In this document: positions 1 through 14,924 of the stretch, piece by piece
How positions within the stretch are numbered: the first letter of the stretch is position 1
Layout: each line of letters begins with the position of its first letter
From: Sminthopsis crassicaudata
Taxonomy: Eukaryota
Assembly (NCBI RefSeq): GCF_048593235.1
Contig: NC_133623.1
Coordinates: 930,001 to 994,000 of the forward strand
DNA: 64,000 nt
Reading direction: 5' to 3'
Translations under genes and position numbers: made by a program
The notes under the pieces: generated by a model
Database searches by the model: none
The model's input: only the letters and a program-made list of their open reading frames with translations
What the model was told of the DNA's origin: nothing

Positions 1-71
1 CGGAGCCAGGGGCGGGGCTCGGGGGTCACAGAGGTGGGGGCCTGCTGTCACAGAGGCCCCTCGCGCGCCGC

Positions 72-78
72 TATAAAA
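72..78 (+). promoter_or_regulatory. TATA box (TATAAAA) of the GARIN-like gene
   Basis: Exact TATAAAA in a CpG-rich context ~330 nt upstream of the first candidate ATG (404); the only TATA-like element in a very GC-rich stretch. Confidence 0.55.
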
Positions 79-351
79 CCGCCAGCCGGGAGCGCGCGTG
101 GTCAGTGTCTGGCCACGGGGAAGGTCGGAGGGAGCGAGCGAGGACGGCGCCCGGCCCCCCCCACGCCTGATCTCGGCCCCCCCACCTCGCCCCGGCGAAG
201 CAGCGAGCGGCCGGCAGCGGCGCGTGCCCCGGAGCGTCCCCCTCCCCGCCCCGCGAGGAGGCGGCCAGAGCAGTGCTCGCGCCCGGCCAGCCGCCAGCCC
301 GGCTCCCGGAGCCAGCCAAGGCGTGGAGGTGGAGGCGGAGGAGGACTATGA

Positions 352-4561
<4,210 letters not shown>

Positions 4562-4608
4562 CCAGGCCACCCACCTAGGGCCACAGAGAATAGCCGGCGG
4601 GCTCGGAT

Positions 4609-4614
4609 ATTAAA
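4609..4614 (+). terminator. Polyadenylation signal (ATTAAA) of the GARIN-like gene
   Basis: ATTAAA 48 nt after the TAG at 4559-4561. Confidence 0.6.
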
Positions 4615-4784
4615 GAATCGTCTTTGGTCCCACGACTGGCTGCTCGTCCATGCTTTAAGGGCCGGACCGTGTCCCTTCGCCTCCTTCCTCCTCTCCCGTG
4701 CCTCTGGCAGTCATCCGATGCTGAGTGGGGGAGCGGGGGAGGGGAGCGCAGGAGGGGCCCCAGCGGGAGCCGGTGAGGCGGCGC

Positions 4785-4815
4785 TGAGGTCACAGTGGAG
4801 GGGCCTGTGACCTCA
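4785..4815 (+). promoter_or_regulatory. Inverted pair of CRE-like TGAGGTCA/TGACCTCA elements upstream of the triple-pseudoprotease gene
   Basis: tgaggtcacag (4785-4795) and its exact reverse complement ctgtgacctca (4805-4815), ~100-125 nt before ATG 4911. Confidence 0.45.
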
Positions 4816-4910
4816 CGAGTTCCGTCGGCCAGCCCCAGAGCCCAGTTCCGCCGGAGCCAGAGCTCAAGCTTCCTCAGCCCCGAGGACGCCAGCCCGACGG
4901 GAAGGGAAGC

Positions 4911-7900
4911 ATGAGGGCTGTTCTGGGCCTCTGCGGCCTGAGCCTGCTCGTGTCTTGTGCTGCCGGCTCTGTGTTCTGGGAGACGCGGGATGGCCCGGCG
5001 AGAGGGGAGCCCCCCTGGCCCGTCCACACCCTCCCCTCCCTCTCGCTTTCTGCCCGTCCTTTTAAAACAGAACGGAAGCAAGCCGGAAATGAATTCCCGC
5101 GAGGTGACCGGGGGTCCGGGGGGTCCGTCTCGGGGAGAGCCCGGGCTCTGCTCCACCGGCCCCGCCATCCTACCTTCTCCCTCCTTCCCACATTTGTAGT
5201 CTCCAGCCCTTGGTACTCAAAGCAAGACTGGGACCTTCTCAGGAGGCCGAGAAACTGGCAGGTGGCCGACGGTGGCGAGGAGGTGCCTTGGCTAGTGTCC
5301 GTGGCCCGGCTGTGCCAGGGTGTGGTCCTGGACCACTGGAGGGTCCTTTCCACCGCCCGCTGTCTGAGAAATACGTACGTGTCCGGGGGATCCGGGAGGA
5401 TGGCGCGCGGGGCCACGGTGGGGTCAGAACCTGGGCCCTTAGGAAGAAGCTGACCCGAGGCAGGCCGGCCCAGGCCGTGGAGTGGAAGTTAGACTGAACG
5501 GGTGGTCCATCTTTGGCTTGTGTTAGTGGATTCAGGGAGTTCCGGGCGGGATTAAGAGGAACTCCGCGCCGGAAGCGAGTCAGGCTCCGTCTCCTAGGCC
5601 ACCACTGGCCGCGGGAGCCCGGAGCAGCTGGACGAAGCTCCGTGAGAGCTCCGGCCCCGTTCACCTTGACTCCTTCCCGCCGGTTCTCAGCGGGGAGGGG
5701 GCGAGGTGGGTCTGTGACCTTGATCTTCCTGGGGTGGGGTGTGTCTGAGGCTGAGCTTCATGGGGGGGGGGGGTCTCTGAGTCTCATCCCCATGGGGATT
5801 CTGCCTCTGATCACCACGTGAGGTCTGCCTCTGCTCCGCATTGGGGATCTTTGCCCCTCATTTCCACGGGGGGGAGGGGGAGAACCTGTGTCCCTGATCT
5901 TCATGGTGGGGGGGGTATCTGCCTCTGATCTCCACGGGGGAGGGGATCTGTGTCCCTGATCTTCATGGGGGGGGTCTCCACCCTTGATCTCCACAGGGGT
6001 CTGCCTCTGCTCTTCATTGGGGTATCTGCCCCTGGTCTCTGTGGGGGGGGGACCTGTGTCCCTGATCTTCCTGGGGGGGCGTCTGCCTCTGATCTCCATA
6101 TGGGTTCTTTGACCTTGATGTCCTGATCCCCACAATGGCTCTTGGAGACAGATCTCCACGCCACCACTCCAGCCAGACGGGCCTTCTCGCAGCCTCCCCC
6201 CCCATCCCGCGGCATCCCATCCACGCTTCCGTCGTCCACAGGCCCGCCGACCATTCTGCATTGAAGGTGGCGCGCTAGGTCGAAGCATTCTTCTTCCCTC
6301 CCCCTGCCCCCACTGACCAGAATCCCCGTCCCTGTTCCCCCCAGCAATCCCGCTCTGTTGCGTGTGAGGAGCTCTGGGACCTGGCTCAACGGCTCTGAGA
6401 TCTGCCTGCACCCCACCTTCGTGCCCCCAGCCAGGACCGCGGCCGCCAAGAGCGACCTGGGCGTGCTCTTCCTTCGTCAGCCAGCCAGGCTGGCTGGGGG
6501 TCAGCTCCCGCTGGCCCGGGATGCCAGCAAGGCCCAAGAAAACTGCCCCTTCTGTGGACATCGGCCATGCCATGTCTACCAGCGTCAAAGTGAGTCCCTT
6601 CGGAAGGGGGGAGCCGGCTGCCCCCTCCCCCTTCCCGGAGCCGGAGAGGAACGTCCTCCCTCTAGACAGGCTCCGGCTCCAGGCTGGCGTTAAGCGGGCT
6701 TCCCAGTGGGCCGGAGAATGGGGAGGCGGGAAGCGACCGCCACTGGCTCATTTTCACCGAGGACATCGTAGGAGTCATCCCGGCTCCATGGGAAGGGCGG
6801 TTTCTCGCCCTAACCTCGGTCCTGGCCCCTAGCTTGGGGGGAGAAGGGGCCAGCTCCTCGGCCCCTCCCCAGCTCTTCTGCCTTTGGCCGACGGTTCGGC
6901 AGCGGCCCACTCGCAGCCACCCAGAAGTACTCTCGGGCGTACTCTGGGATTGTTGGGGGAGGGGCAGCCAGGGAGGAAGCAGGCTCAGGTGACAGGGACA
7001 AGCAGACTCTGGTGTCACCCCCGCATCTCTGTAGGTACCCAAGAGCCTGGACTCATGAGAGCCACAAGGACCACGGTGAGACTCCTGGGGCCCTGGGCCT
7101 GCCACCGCTCGGGAGCCGATGCCCCTGCGACAGAGACCTTCTGCATCCAGATGCATCCCTGGCCAGGCCCAGACTGTCAGGTGGGTGCTAGGCCTGGGGG
7201 GCGGGGACCCCGAAGCGTAGAGAGCGCTCCCTCCCTGGGGCGACAAGGGCACGCCCAGGAGTAAGGAGAGCCCGTCCCCCCCCCCTGCCGCCCCACCCAG
7301 GTGCAGCCCGGCAGCCCCGTGCTGTGCCGCTTTGGAAATCGACGGGAGCTGGTAGGGCTGGTCAGCGAGCCCGGGAAGGCCTGTTCCGCGCCTGTCCCGG
7401 CCGTGCGCACGGCCCCTTATCGCGGTTGGCTGGATGCTGTGGTGCAGGCTGCCCGGAAGCGACCTCCGAGCTTGCCCTGCATGCTCTCTCCACCGAGTAG
7501 CCCCCACAGCCATCCCCAGGTGCACCCAACTCCATACTCTGCCCTGGAGGAAGCTGACGGTGGAGCGGGCTCCGTGCAAGCCCGGGGGCCCTTCCTGGTG
7601 ACTTCCAGCCCCGGGGGCCCGGCGAAGACTGGACGGCGGCCTTCCCGCACCAGGCTCCCCCTGGCCACCGCTTGGGGCCTCCCAGAGGCCTCGGTCGGGT
7701 CCCCGGTTCTCCCTCCGGGGGCTCCGCCAGCTGCCAAGACCGGGACTCCAACCCCCTCAGCTAGAAGCTCTGCCGGAGAGCCCCGGGAAGGGGCGCCCAC
7801 CTCCCGCTTCCGCCCCAGGCCTCCTCAGCCTATCCGTGATCCGGCCCTAGGCCGCTTAGCTGGCGACAGAGGCGCGGCGCAGCAGGGGGCACAGACGTCC

Positions 7901-10900
7901 GGATCCGAGCCTCAGGCAGCCGTAGGGATCGCCCGAGCCCCGGCTCCCTTGGGCCCCGCTGAAGTCGGGAACCCCGCCCGACCGGAGAGCCGGTTACTCA
8001 CTGAGGCAGCCGGAGTGTGGACTCCTCCAGAAGCCAGGCCTTCAGGTGGCCCTAAGGCAGCTCTGCCTGGGCCCCGGATGCCCCGGCCAGCAACGGGAAG
8101 GTCCCAGAGGATCCCCTGGCCCCAGAACGTCCAGCCAGCTGCCGGAGGACTCCGGACCCCCTGGCCAACTTCCAGGGAGCCCCAGTGGATCCCCCAGGCT
8201 CAGATCCCCCCGCCAGCAACCAGAGGGTCCCTGACCCCCCGGCCAGCATCCAGAGGGCCCCTGACCTTCCAGCCAGCATCCAGAGGGCCCCTGACCTTCC
8301 ATCCAGCAACCGGAAGGCTCCTGACGCCCCGGCCAGCAACCAGAGGATCCCTGACCTTCCAGCCAGCATCCAGAGGGCCCCTGACCTTCCATCCAGCAAC
8401 CGGAAGGCTCCTGACGCCCCGGCCAGCAACCAGAGGGTCCCTGACCTTCCAGCCAGCATCCAGAGGGCCCCTGACCTTCCATCCAGCAACCGGAAGGCTC
8501 CTGACGCCCCGGCCAGCAACCAGAGGGTCCCTGACCTTCCAGCCAGCATCCAGAGGGCCCCTGACCTTCCATCCAGCAACCGGAAGGCTCCTGACGCCCC
8601 GGCCAGCAACCAGAGGGTCCCTGACCTTCCAGCCAGCAACTGGAAGGCCCCTGACACCCCGGCCAGCAACTAGAGGGTCTCTGACCCCCCGGCCAGCAAC
8701 CAGAGGGCCCCTGACCTTCCAGCCAGCAACCGGAAGGCTCCTGACGTCCCGGCCAGCAACTAGAGGGTCCCTGACCTTCCAGCCAGCAACAAGACGGTCC
8801 CTGACCCCCCGGCCAGCAACCGGAAGGCCCCTGACGCCCTGGCCAGCAACAAGACGGTCCCTGACCCCCCGGCCCCAGATCCCCCGGCCCCTGACCCCCC
8901 GGCCCCTGACCCCCCAGCCAGCAACCAGAGGGTCCCTGACCCCCCGGCCCCAGATCCCCCGGCCCCTGACCCCCCAGCCAGCAACCAGAGGGTCCCTGAC
9001 CCCCCAGCGAGCAGTTAGAGGGCCTCAGACCTCTTGGCCAGCAACCAGAAGGCCCCTGACCCCCCGGCCCCAGATCCCCCGGCCTCAGATCCCCCGGCCC
9101 CTGACCCCCCGGCCAGCAACCAGAGGGCCCCTAACACCCCGGCCCCTGACCCCCCGGCCAGCAACCAGAGGGCCCCTAACACCCCGGCCCCTGACCCCCC
9201 GGCCCGTGACCCCCCGGCCAGCAGCCCTCACTGTGGCTCCCTGGGCTCGCTCTCCCATGGCATGGCCATTTGCGTCCCAGCCTCATCCAGCAGCTGACGC
9301 GGGCGGGCCCCAAAGCCCGGCAGCTGTCAGATCTCAGACTCACTCGGCGCCTGACGATATGGGAGCCTGGCTGCTTCCCTTCCAGACGGTCCCGGCTGTT
9401 CTCCTCCAGTCCCACATGGCCGGACCCTGGGTTCAGCTGGCACGTGCTCCAGCCGGGCCCTGGATAGCCCCTAACTCAGAAGCAGCCTGGCCTCTGGCTG
9501 AGCCAGCCCCAGAAACAGCCGGGCCTTGGGCTCTCCAGATGCCGGCAGCTGGCCAGCTGCCCGGGCGGGCTCCCAGTGCGGCTGGGCCCTGGGCTCTGGC
9601 TGAGACGGGAGAGGGCGGTCCAGGAGCCCACCTTGCCGCCCCCCTGCCCTGGCCAGTGGCCGAAGCAGCTGGGTTTTGGCCTGTGCCGACGCCAGCCGTC
9701 AAAGCCATCGTCCCCTGGCCTGGGCCCATGAGCAAGATGGCCTCAGAAGCCATTGTGCCCTGGGCCGGCCCAGCTCCCCCCATGGTACAGGGACTAGATC
9801 TGAGGAACTTGCCAGGAACTGCCAGCGGTGGCCGTCTTCCGCCTTCCCCGGCTCTATTCTCCGGCTCCCTCGCCTACCACGGCCCCTTCCTCTCCCCGGT
9901 GTTGTCCCCTTTGCCCCAGTCGCTGCCCCCAGCCCCCGCTCACTCGCAGCCTTCTCTCTTCTCCGGAGCTCTGCAGGCATTGGCCTGGGGCCCCCCAGGC
10001 CCGGCGGTGCCCAAATCCCAGCCCGGCGGTGACTCGGAGGCCGGCCCCTCTGGCACTGAGGGCCGACCGGCCCCCTCTCCCTTGCCCTCCTCGGCCCCCG
10101 TCTCATCTCCGGCAGGACCCTCTAGGTCCAGGAGCCCCGTACCTGACCTCCACCATCAGCCGCAGCGGGAGCAACTGCCCCTCAGGGTCACCTTGGCCCA
10201 GTGTCGCTTGGGACTGGGCTGGAGGAGCAGTTTCCAAGCCTATTGGCTCTTCCAGACAGCCTTGTCCTCTGAGCAAGGGCTAGGTGAGAGGCGGGGCCCA
10301 CCCAGGGGACCCCCGAGCCGCCACGGCTCGCCGAGGCCCAAGGTGGGGGTCCCGGGCTCACCGGGGCTGGCCTTCTTCCCGACAGCCAAGTGCGGCATGC
10401 GTCCAGGCTTCGTGGCCCGGTGCCCCACGTGCTGGGAGGCCGAGGAAGGCGAGTTCCCCTGGGTGGTCTCCTTGCAGTTCTCCCTGTCCCACTTCTGTTC
10501 GGGCTCCATCCTGAACGAGTGGTGGGTCCTGACCACCGCCAGCTGCGCCAACTTCATGTGAGTGCCCCGGAGCCGGGTGGCCCACCCCTGTAGTGTCTCG
10601 TCCTGGCCACGGGCAAGGCCGGGGTGGGCGTGGAGCCAGAGGGGGAATACTCATTTTCCTTTGTTGATGGAACGGGGTGGGGGAAGTCCCAGATAGCCCC
10701 CTTCTCCCCCGCCCCCCCCCCACGTGCCCACAAACACAGAGGCTTCTTGGCTGCCTGCAGACGGAATTCGGAAGCCCTGGCCCAGGTGCAGGCCGGCGTC
10801 ACTGACCTGGAGGACCAGGTTCGGGCCCAGCTCGTGGGCATCCACCGGGTCCTGCCGTACTTCGGGCTCAAAGGGCCTACGGGCCTGGGCTTGATCCAGC

Positions 10901-13900
10901 TCAAGGAGCCCTTGCGCTTCCAGCCCCGGGCGCTGGCCGTGTGCCTCGAGGAGTCCTCCAAGAGGACAGTGACAAAGCCTCGGCGGCACCTCTCTGACTG
11001 CTGGGTCCCCGGCTGGACCTTGATCAAGGGTGAGTCTGGGCCACAGAAGCCAAGCGCGGCAGGGGCAGGGGGTGCCGAGGAGCGGACAGGGCAGCCGCGC
11101 ACAGGGTCCCGGGAGCCCCGAGTCCCAAGATTTGGGGCCGGAGAGGACTTCAGACCATCGAGAGCCATCCTGGAAACTGAGGCTCCAGGTGTCACTCAGG
11201 TAGCCAAAAAAGCCCCAACCCCAGAGCTTTGCTCAGCGAGCCTGGGTCACGGGGGAAGAGTAAGAGGCTCTGGCCCCTTGTGGTCTGTTCCATCCAGGCA
11301 ACCTGGTGACCATGCAGAAGCGGCGACTGGACGTGGTGGAGGTCAGCAACTGTGCCCACTTCTGGCCCATCGAGAGCTCCACGGCCTTCTGCGTGGAGGC
11401 CAAGAAGGTGATGGGCCAGAGCAGCTGCAAGGTGATAAGCACCCCCCAGCAGCCTGGGCCCTGGGCCTCAGCACCTCCTTCCTCCCCGGCCCTGGTCCTC
11501 ACTACCACCTGCCTCCCCCTGACAGGGAGATCTGGGAGCCCCACTGATGTGCCGCCCAAAGTCGCACCTAGAGGAGACGCCCTGGGTACAGATGGGGGTC
11601 CTCACCGCTTTTGACGAGACCTGCACTCGGCCCTATGTCTTCAGCCGCATCCACCCCTTCGACCTTTGGCTCAGGGCCTCCACGAAATCCCAGCACCCGC
11701 CCTGGGTCCGCACCGTCCCCAGGCCCACGCTCTCTTCCCTGCTCCAACCTGAAGGTGAGCGAGACTCTCCCCCCACACACACACACTGGGGCCCCCAGGC
11801 CTGGGGAAACAGAACCAGGAGGAAGAGGGCTCCCTGGGAGACTCGGGCGGGGCGGGGCTAGCTCCCGGGGACTGGGGCAGGGGCTTGGCCAGTGTGCGAT
11901 CTCTCCTGTGCCCACGTCCAGCCCTGGTGAATCGGATTTCTCTGCGCTTTGCCATGCCCTGGCAAGCACTGATCGTGACCTGCGACAGCAGACTTTGTGG
12001 CGGATCCGTCCTCAGTCCGTCTTGGATCCTGACCTCGGCCCACTGCATCCGGAACATGTGAGTGCTGAGCCGACGGGGGGAGGCCTTTGCAGGGCCGGCT
12101 TGCTCAGACAGCCCTCCCAGAGGAGGTGGCTGGGGGGGTTCCTCAGCAAATCGGGGCTCACAGGTGGCAGGCAGAACCAGGCCCCGTGTCCCTTAGCATA
12201 GCTAATGTTGGCGGGGGGGGGGGGGGGGGGGAGGTGGGCGAGGTGCACAATGTTCTCTTAAAGTCGCTTAGAGATCCCACGATCAGTCAGATCTGGGCAG
12301 CAGCCCGCTCAAGGGGTAAAAACTCGTCATTTCTTGTCCCGTGACAGGAGTACAGAGAACATGGCAGTATTCCTGGGACTACCACAGCCCGGGGGCAACA
12401 TGACCGTCGCCCATGTCTCCAGCGTGGTCCTGCATGAGCGGTACCAGTCAGTGGATGGGGTCCCCTGGAATGACCTGGCCCTCCTCCTCCTGCAGAAGCC
12501 CCTGAGCTCCAGCCAGCCACTGGCCCCCGTCGGCCACGTGGATGACGTGAACAAAGCCGAGTGCTGGCTCACGGGGCCCCGAGAACTCCGAGAGGGTGAG
12601 CTGGACGCGTCGTGGCCTGGAGCCCCGCAGCCACCGAATCTCTGAGCGAGACCTTGGCCCTGGGCCCTGAACCTGTAACAGGAGGGGGGTCCACACCAAT
12701 CTATGGGCAGCTCGCTTTTCCAGGCAATCCTGAAGTAGGCTGGGCCGCCCCTTAGGGAGTTCTCTTTAGAAGAGGCCTCGGGAACCCTCGAAGCGGTATT
12801 TGCCATGTGACAATCTGCCCTGAGCCGGGCCAAAGGAGGCTCCCAGGACGGGGCACCCCCTCTGCTAACACCATGACCCTGTGGGGGGTGGCCCGGGAGC
12901 ATGGCCAGCCCACCGTGGTGTGCTTACTGTTGGCTTAAAGCAAATAACAGCCATGGGCCCGGGAAGGGGAGAAAAGGGTTAGGGGCCGGACACGGCACGA
13001 GGGGTAGCAGACATGAGGCAGGCCAGAGGGAGGCAGTCCCCTCACTTCCCCATGCTCGGTGCTCCCCCTCACTTCCCCATGCTCGGTGCTCCCTGGTGTC
13101 GGTTTGGTTGAAGGGTGGGAGGGCAGGCAGAAGGGGGAAGGGTGGGAGGAGGAAAGGAGGAGGCAGATGAAGAAAGCGACGGGGGAGAGGAAGGCGCCCT
13201 AGCAGCTGGATTACATGCAAAAACCCTGAGCGCTGGTTCAAGAACAGCAGCTTCAGAAAGAGCCGCCCGGCGCCCTGCCCTTCCACGTGGGGGCACCCAG
13301 GAGCGGCGGCTCGGACTCCTCGATTATCGGAGTGCACACCCAAGCTCTGCTGTCCAAGATGTGCCCTTGGCCCGCTCCCAAGTCCTCGAGATTCCGCCCT
13401 GCTTCCTCCCCCCCTCACATAACCGTCAGGATGTCCAGCCACGTCCTCCTCCCTCCAGCTTGACGCTAGTCCCTCCGCCCACTGGCACTCAAAGCCGTAG
13501 GGCCGAGGAGATTGATTCCCGACTGTTTGCAGGCGAAACGGACCAGAACCCACAAGCCCTGCACGTTCAGGTGAAGGATGGTCTGTCCTGTGCCCGCCGC
13601 CTCCCTGGCAGCGTCAGGAACTCCGTGCTATGCCTGGGTCCCTGGGTGCCAGAATTCCAAGTGGCTTTGGTGAGTGGCCCCGAGGCCTGCTAGGGGAGGG
13701 GGGGTCCCCTTCGAAGAGTGGCACCAAGGCCCATCCCAGAGGGTTCATATTCATGATTGGAGGGCAGAGGGGAAGAGGTCAGGAACTTGAGCCCAACCTC
13801 AATGGGAGGGGGGGTGGGGGTGGAGGAGGATGGGAAACAAGAAAAAAGTTGGTGAAGGGAGCCAGGCTTATAACTAGGGGAGGGGCTCAACAAGGCTTGA

Positions 13901-14218
13901 CATGTGCGAGCGCCTCCGGGTTCTGGGTTTGTGCCACAGGATCTCATGGGCCCAGGCAGTGCCCTGTTGTGCCGCTCACGGGCTAAGAACGGGACCTGGA
14001 GGCAGACTGGGCTCACAAGCATCAGGTCTCTCACCTTCCTCCTGGCTCCTTACTTCCCCTGGATTTCCAAGACCACCTCTGTCCAGGCGGACCACAGGGG
14101 GCTCAATCAGTCGGTGGGCAAGTCAATCCCTGTCACATCTGCAGCAGGGGCAGAGCCCAGGGGCCCTCGGGGCCTCCTCTTTCTCTTGACCCTATGGCTG
14201 CGGTTCCTGAGAGCATAG
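4911..14218 (+). CDS. Unnamed multi-domain serine-protease-like protein: signal peptide, 3 catalytically dead trypsin-fold (S1) domains, long Pro/Thr/Arg repeat linker, GPI-type C-terminus (~1,759 aa)
   Basis: Exons: 4911-5004, 5071-5103, 5200-5374, 6345-6589, 7035-7180, 7301-10283, 10386-10557, 10761-11029, 11298-11431, 11526-11754, 11922-12057, 12348-12595, 13533-13669, 13940-14218. They sum to 5,280 nt and all phases are compatible. Each domain repeats the trypsin-gene phase pattern (1-2-1-0). N-terminus MRAVLGLCGLSLLVSCAAG looks like a signal peptide; C-terminus SAAGAEPRGPRGLLFLLTLWLRFLRA looks like a GPI signal. All junctions are GT-AG except intron 1, whose donor reads GG at 5005 (the 66-nt intron is in frame and stop-free). 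Confidence 0.75.
5260..7465 (+). other. Pseudoprotease domain 1 (exons 3-6)
   Basis: VADGGEEVPWLVSVARLCQGVVLDHWRVLSTARC (His57 position is Arg); KSDLGVLFL (Asp102 kept); DCQ|VQPGSPVLC (Ser195 position is Pro); RELVGLVS...AC...YRGWLDAV. Confidence 0.75.
5700..6130 (+). repeat. Degenerate intronic tandem repeat
   Basis: Alternating units tctgcctctgatctcca and tgtgtccctgatcttcatggggg recur several times in intron 3 of the protease-like gene. Confidence 0.75.
8205..9225 (+). repeat. Coding tandem repeat: 30-nt units (PATRGSLTFQ / PASRGPLTFH / PATGRLLTPR) with a 90-nt higher-order period, grading into 15-nt units (RPLTP, RPQIP)
   Basis: Unit ccagcaaccagagggtccctgacc(ttcc/cccc)(a/g)g is repeated for ~1 kb inside ORF 7301-10561, and that frame stays open throughout. 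Confidence 0.92.
10386..11700 (+). other. Pseudoprotease domain 2 (exons 7-10)
   Basis: KCGMRPGF...GEFPWVVSLQFSLSHFCSGSILNEWWVLTTASC (His57 position is Ser); GPTGLGLIQLKEP (Asp102 position is Gly); DCWVPGW; SCK|GDLGAPLMC (Ser195 position is Leu). All canonical disulfide cysteines are present. Confidence 0.88.
11922..14080 (+). other. Pseudoprotease domain 3 (exons 11-14)
   Basis: MPWQALIV...LCGGSVLSPSWILTSAHC (His57 kept); WNDLALLLLQKP (Asp102 kept); ECWLTG; DLMGPGSALLC (Ser195 position is Pro); WRQTGLTS...YFPWISK. Confidence 0.85.
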
Positions 14219-14477
14219 GACCGTCTCCCCCCCCCCCCCCCCCCCCCGCCGACTGCAGCCATCCGGCCTCGCCCCAGTCCAAGCCTCCATGGGGTTCAGC
14301 CTTTCTACAGCCCAAGGGGAGGCTAGAGCACTAAAACTGGGAGAGGGCCATTCCCCTGCCCTCTCCCTTATCTTCTCCTCCCAATCCTTCTACCAAGAGA
14401 GCAAGATCACGGGTGTACTGGAGACATGCCAGTAGGGAACCCCGAGTGTATGTTGATGACCCCCTTTCCCCTACCAA

Positions 14478-14483
14478 AATAAA
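14478..14483 (+). terminator. Polyadenylation signal (AATAAA) of the triple-pseudoprotease gene
   Basis: First AATAAA after the stop codon at 14216-14218 (260 nt downstream). Confidence 0.65.
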
Positions 14484-14924
14484 GCCACACCCTCTGCAAA
14501 ACATGGGATTTCTTGTGTGCTGATCCCAAGGTCCCGGGAGCAATTTCTCGTACCCAAGACCTCGGTCGGGGGGGGGGGGGGGGGTGGGGGGGGGGGGGGG
14601 GGGGGGGGGCAGAGCGCCACACGAACACACCCATCACCGCCAGTCATCAAAGGCCTTTTGAGGCTCAATTGAACAGCCTCTTCATTCTTTCTGGCCCTCC
14701 CTGTGACCCCAAAAGCTCTTCCCTAATAGAGTCTGACTATCCCCATTCTCCCCTGCCCCTCCACCACTTAGGAGATGGGGACAAAGCTGGGACTTGATTG
14801 GCCCAAGCATGGGGCAAGGATCGAACTGTTTTCCATGCTGCGTCCTCCAGATCCCAGCCAAACACATCGCCGCCCTTCCAGTCCTGCGGGCGCTCGGGCT
14901 AAATGCCATCCCAAAGCACTATCT

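Noticed and set aside
8042-8984. Alternative-frame and antisense repeat ORFs (e.g. 8185-8673 +, 8052-8669 -)
   Set aside because: Shadows of the coding repeat; only frame 7301 is open end to end and in phase with the flanking exons.
12208-14610. Very long G/C homopolymers (e.g. ~12211-12231, 14225-14248, 14566-14609) as functional G4 elements
   Set aside because: Lengths are unreliable in an assembly that shows homopolymer-associated frameshifts.
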